Assembly (NCBI GenBank): GCA_046331705.1
Contig: JAXLQJ010000007.1
Coordinates: 124,001-188,000 of the forward strand
Direction of reading: 5' to 3'
Source of the DNA: a bacterium
GTDB lineage: Bacteria; JADJOY01
Length of the DNA stretch: 64,000 nucleotides
The notes beneath the pieces are model-generated. The model saw only the letters and a program-made list of their open reading frames with translations, ran no database searches and was not told where the DNA came from. Positions within the stretch are counted from its first letter, which is position 1; each line of letters begins with the position of its first letter. Below, one piece after another: positions 54,141-64,000 of this stretch. The translations under genes were made by a program, and so were the position numbers.

Positions 54141-54278
54141 GGGAGAAACCTCGCAGTTCGTGTGGGGAATGCCAGGTGCGGCCGCTGCTCGTCACGCGTG
54201 CGATCGAGCCCGCGGTGCACCGCGCGACGATAACGGATGGGGAACGGCGTCACAATCGAATCGTGCGTGCTCGTTTGC

Positions 54279-54307
54279 TTGCGACCCGGAGAACGCATCC
54301 ATAGACT
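54279..54307 (+). promoter_or_regulatory. sigma-70 promoter giving a probably leaderless XRE mRNA
   Basis: TTGCGA-N17-TAGACT, 7 nt before GTG 54315. Confidence 0.55.
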
Positions 54308-54314
54308 GCGCGGC

Positions 54315-54581
54315 GTGCTCGATCGAGAACGACTCGCTCGCGCTCGTCTCGAGCGCAACCTCAGTCAAGCGGACGCCGCTCGCGAGCTACAGGTCAGCCG
54401 CTCGGAGTACGGGCGCTGGGAACGCGGCCTCACGCAGCCTCGCCCCCAGCACCTCATTCGCATCGCGCGGTTCTGCCGGTGCGAGATCGAGGACATCCGC
54501 ATTCCCGGGCCCGACGGATACGTGCTCACCCACCGCCGGCCCGGTCGCATCCGCGCCGACGTTCCCGATCGCGACGCTTAG
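54315..54581 (+). CDS. XRE-family HTH regulator
   Basis: LARARLERNLSQADAARELQVSRSEYGRWERG..QP. Confidence 0.8.
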   Translation: MLDRERLARARLERNLSQADAARELQVSRSEYGRWERGLTQPRPQHLIRIARFCRCEIEDIRIPGPDGYVLTHRRPGRIRADVPDRDA

Positions 54582-54662
54582 GGCGGCCGCGTCTCGCGCG
54601 CGCCGAGCGTGCGCCGTGCCGATCGCCGGCGGCCGGCGCGACCTCACCCGGCGGACGCGCGA

Positions 54663-54941
54663 TCAGATCGGCTCGATCGCGATGTCGCCCATCACCACGC
54701 CTTGACAGCACAGGCGGTTGCGCGGTCCGGCGTCGTTCATGCGCAACGTCTCGCGCTCGTTCGCGCCCATCGGCTGGAAGTTCTCGAGGCCCTCGTGAAC
54801 GATGAGCATGCACGTGCCGCATTGCCCCTCGCGGCACCCGAACGGCACGCTCGCGCCCTGCTGATCGACGAGCTCGGCGAGCGGCGTTCCCACCGCGCAC
54901 TCGACGGTGCGGTTGTCCATGATGAAGCGAACCTTGGGCAT
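54663..54941 (-). CDS. 2Fe-2S ferredoxin
   Basis: FGCREGQCGTC...RLCCQ; strong GAGGAG RBS. Confidence 0.92.
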   Translation of the reverse strand: MPKVRFIMDNRTVECAVGTPLAELVDQQGASVPFGCREGQCGTCMLIVHEGLENFQPMGANERETLRMNDAGPRNRLCCQGVVMGDIAIEPI

Positions 54942-55154
54942 CGGGCCTCTCTCCTCTGGCAGCTCTTGCAGCGCGTGGTGCGATGAAGGCGGCGCAGATT
55001 AGCCGAGCCCCCCTACCCCAGCAAGAACGCGCCGCGCCGACCAACGATCGCTCGATCGCCTCGAAAGAGCCTTCTTCGGCCTGCATCCTGCGGCTAGAAT
55101 CGCGCGCCCTGCGCGTCCGCAGCTCGCGGCCGCGGTGCCGACGGAGGCTGGTCC

Positions 55155-56177
55155 GTGAAAGCACTGGTGACGGCGTCGTTCACACCGGAAGGGCTCAAGC
55201 GGTTGCGCCGCTACGCCGAGGTCGTCTACGAGCCCTGGCACGAGACGCACGCGATCCTGCGCTTCGACGAGCTCGCGGACAAGGTCGCCGCGGTCGGCGC
55301 GAGCCTGCTCGTCGCCGAGGTCGATCTCGTGCACGGCGAGGTCTTCGACCGCTGCAAGCTCGAGCTGATCGGCGTGTGCCGCGCGGACCCGCTCACGGTC
55401 TCGGTCGATCGCGCCACCGAGCTCGGCATCCCCGTGCTCTTCACCCCCGGCCGCAACGCGGACGCGGTCGCCGAGCTGGCGATCACCTTCATGCTGCTGC
55501 TGGCGCGAAACGTCCTTCCCGTGATCGCCACGCTGCGTGCTCGGACGGAGACCGCGAGCGATCCGAAGGAATACATGGCGCGCTACGAGAAGATGCGCGG
55601 CTTCGAGCTGGGCTGCGCCACCGTCGGCCTGGTGGGTCTCGGCGCGGTCGCGCGCGCCGTCGCCAAGCGGCTCGCGGCGTTCGGCACCCGCATCCTGGCC
55701 TACGATCCGTACGCCTCGGACGATGCGTTCCGGGCCGCCGGCGCCGAGCGCAGCGAGCTCGACGAGCTCCTGCGGACCGCCGACTTCGTGAGCCTGCACT
55801 GCCCGGTGACCGACGAGACACGCGGGCTTCTCGATGCCCGGCGACTCTCCACGATGAAGCCCTCGGCGTATCTCGTGAACACCGCGCGACCCGACATCGT
55901 CGACGAGGACGCGCTCTTCGATGCGCTGAGCGCGCGTGCCATCGCCGGTGCGGGCCTCGACCTGCTGCGCGAGGAGCCCATCTCGCCCACGAACCGATTC
56001 CTCGCCCTCGACAACGCGCTCGTCACCCCGCACATCGGCGGCGCATCGCACGACGTGGTCCGTCATCAGACCGAGATCGTCATGGACGACATCGATCGCT
56101 GGTTCGCCGGCGAGCGCCCTCGCTTTCTCGCCAATCCCTCGGTGTGGGAGAAGCGCCAGAGCGCGAGGCGCTCGTGA
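55155..56177 (+). CDS. D-isomer-specific 2-hydroxyacid dehydrogenase
   Basis: TPGRNADAVAE, GLVGLGAV, VSLHCP, VNTAR, TPHIGG. Confidence 0.9.
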   Translation: MKALVTASFTPEGLKRLRRYAEVVYEPWHETHAILRFDELADKVAAVGASLLVAEVDLVHGEVFDRCKLELIGVCRADPLTVSVDRATELGIPVLFTPGRNADAVAELAITFMLLLARNVLPVIATLRARTETASDPKEYMARYEKMRGFELGCATVGLVGLGAVARAVAKRLAAFGTRILAYDPYASDDAFRAAGAERSELDELLRTADFVSLHCPVTDETRGLLDARRLSTMKPSAYLVNTARPDIVDEDALFDALSARAIAGAGLDLLREEPISPTNRFLALDNALVTPHIGGASHDVVRHQTEIVMDDIDRWFAGERPRFLANPSVWEKRQSARRS

Positions 56178-57673
56178 GCGCTCGCGTCGCGGTGCTCGCG
56201 CTGGACGCGGGGACGGGCTCGGGCCGGGCCTCGCTCTTCGCGCTCGACGGCCGGCTGCTCGCGGTGGCGGACAGGCGCTGGGCCTTCACCACGCCTCCGG
56301 CCCTCGATCCCTTCGGCAAGGAGTTCGACGCCGATCACTTCCTCGGACTGCTCGCCGAAGCCACTCGCGAGGCGCTCGCGAGCGCGGGCGATCCCGAGGT
56401 GCGCGCCGTCTCGACGACCGGCTTGCGCGGCGGCTCGGTGTTGCTCGACGCCGACGGCCAGGTCCTCGCCGCGTCGCCGATCCAGGACGTGCGCGGATTG
56501 CTGGTGGTCGGCGACGTCGACGGCGCGGTGCCCGATCTCTATCGCCGCACCGGCCACACGCCGACCTGGCTCTTTCCGCTGGCACGGTTGGCCTGGTACC
56601 GCAGCGAGGCGCCGGAAGTCTTCGCGCGCGTCGCGACGCTGACGAGCATCGACGAATGGCTGCTCTTCGCGCTCTCAGGGGAACGCCGTGCCACGGAGGC
56701 GAGCGCGGGGGACAGCATGTGCCTCGACGTCGCGCGCCGCGAGTGGGACGGCGAGATCTTCGAGCGGCTCGGTCTCGCGCGGTCGCTCGCTCCCACGCTC
56801 GCGCGTGCCGGCGAGGTGATCGGCCAGGTCACGGCGGCGAGCGCCGCGCGCTTCGGTCTGCGCCCCGGCACACCGGTCGTCGCCTGCGCCGGCGACACGC
56901 AAGCGTCGCTGCTCGGCTCGGGCGCCCTCGACCCCGGCACCGTGGGAGTGGTGGCCGGGACCACGGCGCCGGTGATGGCGGTCGCCGAGACGCCCACGGC
57001 GGACCCCGCGGGATCGCTGTGGATGGGCTGCCATCCCCTCGCCGATCGCTGGGTGCTCGAGGGCAACTCCGGACGTGCCGGATCGAGCTACGACTGGACG
57101 CTCGCGCTGCTCGGCCTCGAGGGCGCCGCGCGGTTCGGCGACGCCGAGGCGCTGGCCGTGCGCGCGGCGCCCGGCGCCAACGGCGCCTTCGCATTCCTCG
57201 GCGCCGAGCCCGTCGATCTGAGCAAGCTCAACCCACAGCGACCGGCGGGCTTCCTGTTTCCAGCGCCCGAGCTCGGGGTGCCCGTGGGCCGCGGCGAGAT
57301 CGTGCGCGCGGCACTCGAGAACGTCGCCTTCGCCATCCAAGCGAATCTCCGGCGCATCGAGGCGGCGGTGGCGCTCGGCGAATCCGAGATCGCGCTCAGC
57401 GGTGGGCTGGGATCGTCGAGCGCGTTCGCGACCATCGTCGCGGACGTGACCGGGCGGCGGGTGCGCCGTGGTGCTCACGCCCAGGGAGCCTCGCTCGGCG
57501 CCGCCGTGTGCGCGGCCACCGGGATCGGTGGCTACGGCTCGCTCCGCGAGGCGGCCGCCGCGATGGTGGCCTCGGCGGCGACGCTGGTGCCCGATCCCGA
57601 GCGCCACTCGATCTATCGCGACGCGTTCGAGTCGTGGTACGCGCGCTGGCAGATCCTTCAGTCGATCACGTGA
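56174..57673 (+). CDS. FGGY carbohydrate kinase (LsrK/YoaC-like)
   Basis: LALDAGTGSGRA, GDTQA, SGGL..S, LGAA..A..G.G; GTGA overlap. Confidence 0.88.
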   Translation: MSARVAVLALDAGTGSGRASLFALDGRLLAVADRRWAFTTPPALDPFGKEFDADHFLGLLAEATREALASAGDPEVRAVSTTGLRGGSVLLDADGQVLAASPIQDVRGLLVVGDVDGAVPDLYRRTGHTPTWLFPLARLAWYRSEAPEVFARVATLTSIDEWLLFALSGERRATEASAGDSMCLDVARREWDGEIFERLGLARSLAPTLARAGEVIGQVTAASAARFGLRPGTPVVACAGDTQASLLGSGALDPGTVGVVAGTTAPVMAVAETPTADPAGSLWMGCHPLADRWVLEGNSGRAGSSYDWTLALLGLEGAARFGDAEALAVRAAPGANGAFAFLGAEPVDLSKLNPQRPAGFLFPAPELGVPVGRGEIVRAALENVAFAIQANLRRIEAAVALGESEIALSGGLGSSSAFATIVADVTGRRVRRGAHAQGASLGAAVCAATGIGGYGSLREAAAAMVASAATLVPDPERHSIYRDAFESWYARWQILQSIT

Positions 57674-58338
57674 CGGTGGTTTTCCCGCCGGAGGCCCGAG
57701 TGGAAGAGCTCAAGCAAGCCGTCGTCGATTTCAAGCGCAAGCTCCACGAGCGCGGCCACATCGTGGCGTTGGCCGGGAACGTGAGCGCGCGCATCCCCGA
57801 CACCGATCACATCCTGGTCACGCCGAGCCAGCTCGCCATCGAGCGGCTCACGGCCGCCGACGTGGTGACGATCACCGTCGACGGCGACTTCGTCGACGGG
57901 GCTCGGCCGCCGTCCTCGGAGGCGCGCGTCCACGCCGCGATCTACCGCGCACGAGCGGACGTCGGTGCCGTCGTCCATGGGCACTCGCCCTACGCGACCG
58001 CGCTGGCGATCCTGGGGCGGAAGATCGAGCCGATCATGGACGAGTTCCTGCCGTACGTCGGCGGCACCGTCGAGGTGGCCCCCTTCGGCATGAGCGGGAG
58101 CCCGGCCCTGATCGAGGGCACGGTCGAGGCGCTCGGGCCGCGCGCGGCGGTGCTGCTCCGGCAGCACGGCCAGATCGCGGTCGGCAAGAACCTCGAAAAA
58201 GCATTTCAGGTCGCCGAGTTGGTCGAGTGGGCGGCGCGCATCACGTGGCTCGCCTCGGTCGCCGGCAAGCCCGAGCTTCTGCCTGCGGACGCCATCGAGA
58301 CGGCCGCTGGGGTGTACGCGTACGTGAAGGAGATGTGA
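57670..58338 (+). CDS. class II aldolase/adducin family (FucA-like)
   Basis: GNVSAR, VTPS, PSSE..VH..IY, VVHGHS, LLRQHG; GTGA overlap. Confidence 0.9.
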   Translation: MTVVFPPEARVEELKQAVVDFKRKLHERGHIVALAGNVSARIPDTDHILVTPSQLAIERLTAADVVTITVDGDFVDGARPPSSEARVHAAIYRARADVGAVVHGHSPYATALAILGRKIEPIMDEFLPYVGGTVEVAPFGMSGSPALIEGTVEALGPRAAVLLRQHGQIAVGKNLEKAFQVAELVEWAARITWLASVAGKPELLPADAIETAAGVYAYVKEM

Positions 58339-58626
58339 TCGGGATCCCGCGGACGGGGCGCGAGCCGATCGCGACTCCTCCGCGGGCACGCTGGCGCGCC
58401 TAGGCGCGTGACGCACTGCGTGCTATATGACGCGCCCGCTCTCGGGCGACTGCCCGACGTGCGGCCGTCGTCGGCGAGACGGCACCAGCAGTTCGGGCGT
58501 GATCCTTCGGTCCTCGGGATCGTGCCGGCAGCAGAGCAACACGACAACCGGTGTAGCGAGATAGGCGCCCCGCCCGTGAGGGAACAGGTCCAACCGAGCG
58601 GGGACGTAACCGAGGGAGAGGGAGTG

Positions 58627-61068
<2,442 letters not shown>

Positions 61069-61101
61069 GCGACGCTCGCGGCTTCCTTCCGTCCGACATA
61101 C

Positions 61102-61132
61102 CGCGGGTCGAGGATCGCTTCCTCGACCCGCG
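61102..61132 (+). terminator. 13-bp hairpin between hppA and kup
   Basis: CGCGGGTCGAGGA-TCGCT-TCCTCGACCCGCG followed by TCTCGTTT. Confidence 0.55.
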
Positions 61133-61145
61133 TCTCGTTTGAGCC

Positions 61146-63083
61146 ATGACCGACACCCCCGCGGCACCGGCGCCCGACGAGCCCCCTGCCGCCGAAACTC
61201 CCGAGCACTCTCCCGGGCACGCCGCGGGCCTCGCGGCGCTCGCCCTCGGCGCCTTGGGCGTGGTGTACGGCGACATCGGCACCAGCCCGCTCTACGCCAT
61301 CAAGGAGTGCTTCCACGGCATCCACGCGATCGAGGTCACCCCCGAGAACATCCTCGGGGTGCTCTCGCTCGTGTTCTGGTCGCTCACGGTCGTCGTGAGC
61401 TTCAAGTACCTGGGCTTCGTCGTTCACGCGGACAACCGCGGCGAGGGCGGGATCTTCGCCCTGCTGGCGTTGGTCCCGGGCTCGCGCGAGCGCGTCGCCG
61501 ATCGCGCCACCAAGATCGCGGTGCTCGCCGCGCTCACGGGTGCGGCGCTGCTCTACGGCGACGGCATGATCACCCCGGCCATCTCGGTGCTATCCGCGGT
61601 CGAGGGGCTCGAGGTGGCCACTCGCGCGGCGGGCGGCGCGGTGGTGCCGCTCACCTGCTTCATCCTCATCGGGCTCTTCGCCGCGCAGCGCCGCGGCACC
61701 GCGGGCATCGGACGCATCTTCGGCCCCGTCATGGCGATCTGGTTCGTCGCCATCGCGCTGCTCGGAGTGAAGGGCATCGCCCACGACCCCAGGGTGCTCG
61801 GCGCGCTCAACCCCGCGCACGCGGTGTCGTTCTTCGCGACCCATCGCATTCACGGGTTCGTGGTGCTGAGCTCGGTCGTGCTCTGCATCACGGGCGGCGA
61901 GGCGCTCTATGCCGATCTCGGCCACTTCGGGCGCAAGCCCATCGAGCTGAGCTGGTTCTCGTTCGTGTTCCCGGCGCTGGTGCTCAACTACTTCGGGCAG
62001 GGCGCGCTGCTGCTGCACCACCCCGAAGCCGCCTCGAACCCATTCTTCGGATTGGTGCCCCGGGTGCTGCTGCTGCCGACGGTGGCGTTGTCGACGTTCG
62101 CGACCGTGATCGCGTCGCAGGCGCTCATCACCGGGAGCTTCTCGCTCACGCAGCAAGCGATCCAGCTCGGCTACTGTCCGCGGCTGCAGATCGTCCACAC
62201 CTCGGACGAGATGCGCGGGCAGATCTACATCCCGGCGGTCAACGGCGCGCTCGCCGTCGCGTGCGTGGCGTTGGTGCTGATCTTCCGCGAGTCGAGCCGC
62301 TTGGCCGCCGCATACGGCATCGCGGTGACGGCAACGATGGGGATCACCTCGGTCCTCTACTTCGTGGTGGTGACGCGCAACTGGCGCTGGCCGCTGTGGA
62401 AGGCGATCCCGCCGGTGGCGCTCTTCCTCGCTTTCGACGTGACGTACTTCGGCTCGAACTTGCTCAAGGTGGTCGACGGCGGCTGGGTACCGATCCTGAT
62501 GGGCACGGTGCTGCTGGTGGCGATGACCGCGTGGAAGGAAGGCCGCGCCGAGCTCGGCAAGCGCATCAGCGACGGCTTGCTGCCCCTCGACCTGCTGCTC
62601 GGCGAGATTCACCGCAAGGAGATCCACCGGGTCAAGGGAACGGCCGTGTTCCTGTCCTCGCTCAGCTCGGGAACCCCGCCCTCGCTGCTCCATCACCTCA
62701 AGCACAATCAGGTGCTGCACGAGCAGGTGGTGCTGCTCACGATCCAGGTGGCCGACGTGCCCAAGGTGCGGGGGGATGCACGCCTCGAGCTCAAGGCGCT
62801 CGGCGAAGGATTCTTCCGGCTCATCGCGCACTACGGCTTCATGGAGACGCCGAACGTCCCGGACATCGTCGAGCGCGCGGAGCGGCTGGGCTTGCGCACC
62901 GAACCGATGCTCACCAGTTACTTCTTGAGCCGCGAGACGCTGCGTCCGAGCTCCATCGGACCGATGGCGCGCTGGCGCAAGGAGCTCTTCGCGCTGATCT
63001 CCCGCAACGCGCGACCGCCCTCCGACTTCTTCGGCCTCCCGCCTGGCCGCGTCATCGAGCTCGGACTCCAGATCGAGATCTGA
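61146..63083 (+). CDS. kup: KUP/HAK/KT potassium transporter
   Basis: GVVYGDIGTSPLY, GEGG.FAL, TPAISVLSAVEG, EALYADLGHFG, GQIYIP, YGFME. Confidence 0.97.
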   Translation: MTDTPAAPAPDEPPAAETPEHSPGHAAGLAALALGALGVVYGDIGTSPLYAIKECFHGIHAIEVTPENILGVLSLVFWSLTVVVSFKYLGFVVHADNRGEGGIFALLALVPGSRERVADRATKIAVLAALTGAALLYGDGMITPAISVLSAVEGLEVATRAAGGAVVPLTCFILIGLFAAQRRGTAGIGRIFGPVMAIWFVAIALLGVKGIAHDPRVLGALNPAHAVSFFATHRIHGFVVLSSVVLCITGGEALYADLGHFGRKPIELSWFSFVFPALVLNYFGQGALLLHHPEAASNPFFGLVPRVLLLPTVALSTFATVIASQALITGSFSLTQQAIQLGYCPRLQIVHTSDEMRGQIYIPAVNGALAVACVALVLIFRESSRLAAAYGIAVTATMGITSVLYFVVVTRNWRWPLWKAIPPVALFLAFDVTYFGSNLLKVVDGGWVPILMGTVLLVAMTAWKEGRAELGKRISDGLLPLDLLLGEIHRKEIHRVKGTAVFLSSLSSGTPPSLLHHLKHNQVLHEQVVLLTIQVADVPKVRGDARLELKALGEGFFRLIAHYGFMETPNVPDIVERAERLGLRTEPMLTSYFLSRETLRPSSIGPMARWRKELFALISRNARPPSDFFGLPPGRVIELGLQIEI

Positions 63084-63131
63084 GGTCCCGACGCCCGACT
63101 CGACCGTCGCAGCGGTCGATCGCCGTCTACG

Positions 63132-63161
63132 CGTGACATCCGTCACTCGCGTTGCTATAAG
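63132..63161 (+). promoter_or_regulatory. promoter with overlapping CRP/FNR-family-like box
   Basis: GTGACA-N17-TATAAG with TG extension; CGTGA-N6-TCACT at 63132-63147. Confidence 0.45.
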
Positions 63162-63237
63162 GGCGCGCGCTTTCGCGATCCGTCGGCACGCGGCATCACG
63201 CTTCGACGATCGACAGCATCCTCTCGAGGCCGGCGGA

Positions 63238-64000
63238 ATGACCTCCGTGACTCCCTTCGTGCGTCGCCCCCAGTCACCGTTCGTCTCTTCTGCTCGCCGC
63301 GCCCGGCCGCGCACGTGCGCGCCGGCGCTGGCTCTGGGCTGCCTCTGCATCGTCGCGCTCTTGCCGTCCCGAAGCGCGTGGGCACAGACCGGTCCCTTCT
63401 TCAACGAGTTCGCGGCCACCGCGCGCAGCGGCGCGCTCGGCCAGGCGTTCACCGGGCTCGCGGACGACGCCTCCGCCGCTTATTACAACCCCGGCGGACT
63501 CGGCTTCGCGCCCGATCAGACCTACATCGGCTGGCACTACGCGAAGCCCCGGCTGAATCTCGACTACGTCGATCCGGCGCAGCCGGATGTCCACTTCGAC
63601 ATTCCGCCCACCCGCGGCCTCTCCGTCGGCGCCGCGAGCCCGCTGGCACCGCAAAGCGTGATCGACGAGTTTCCGTGGCTGGCAGCGCTGCGCTGGGGCG
63701 GGGCCGTGTTCCTGAGCCTGCCCGAGATCAACAGCTTCACGAGCTACGCCGACGACACGACACCCTACTTCTTCCGCTACGACACACGCCCCGACGTGAT
63801 CTCGCTCGCGATCTCGGCCGGCTGGCGCGTGTTCGACTGGCTCTCGATCGGCGCCGGAATCATGGGGACGGTGTCGAGCTTCCAGGAGACCGAGGCCAAC
63901 GTGCGGCTCCCGGAGCTGATCTGCGCGGTGATCGAGAATCCGCCGCCGCAATGCGTGTCCGACGAGCCCGACCCGACCAAAGGACTCGATCTCTCGCTCA
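63238..64000 (+). CDS. FadL/OmpP1/TodX-like outer-membrane protein, truncated by window edge
   Basis: Not in the ORF track; own translation: signal peptide ..SAWA-Q, then ARSGALGQAFTGLADDASAAYYNPGGL; start uncertain. Confidence 0.75.
   Translation, partial: MTSVTPFVRRPQSPFVSSARRARPRTCAPALALGCLCIVALLPSRSAWAQTGPFFNEFAATARSGALGQAFTGLADDASAAYYNPGGLGFAPDQTYIGWHYAKPRLNLDYVDPAQPDVHFDIPPTRGLSVGAASPLAPQSVIDEFPWLAALRWGGAVFLSLPEINSFTSYADDTTPYFFRYDTRPDVISLAISAGWRVFDWLSIGAGIMGTVSSFQETEANVRLPELICAVIENPPPQCVSDEPDPTKGLDLSL

Noticed and set aside
54237-54581. XRE gene as a prophage or toxin-antitoxin remnant
   Set aside because: No integrase, toxin, att-like repeats or compositional shift nearby

Overview
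High-GC bacterial chromosomal window. Gene order suggests a deltaproteobacteria-like lineage (Myxococcota/Binatota-type), which is an inference. I found no tRNA/rRNA genes, CRISPR array, integrase or transposase. 1-12.1 kb (minus strand) is a conserved envelope/regulatory superoperon: kdsB-pyrG-kdsA-kdsD-lptC-lptA-lptB-rpoN-ptsN-hprK-rapZ-EIIA(Man)-HPr-ptsI. It lacks kdsC and hpf, and its LptA has two domains. 12.4-32 kb is a large surface-glycan/lipid modification region: ArnT-like GT, AsnB-like amidotransferase, polyprenol-P GT2s, a methyltransferase, two B12-dependent radical SAMs and one SPASM/Twitch radical SAM alternating with glycosyltransferases, and a coupled GT-C/TPR-lipoprotein/ArnC-like trio. 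32-43.6 kb holds dtd, aroE-aroK, a siroheme nitrite/sulfite reductase behind AT-rich operators, an orphan Cys-rich bufferin(BufA2)-like secreted peptide, an acyl-CoA synthetase, TetR-pyrD and a ThiC with a large insertion. 43.6-49.5 kb is a second radical SAM locus (two Twitch-type rSAMs plus a DegT aminotransferase, YkgJ, B12-rSAM). 49.7-64 kb holds a DEAD helicase, trpD, ruvB, cyclophilin, XRE regulator, ferredoxin, a dehydrogenase/LsrK-like kinase/aldolase operon, membrane PPase, kup and a partial FadL-like porin. The best candidates for undescribed systems are the radical SAM/glycosyltransferase cluster, the GT-C+TPR+ArnC trio and the rSAM-rSAM-DegT operon. All functional calls come from motif recognition by eye; no searches were run.
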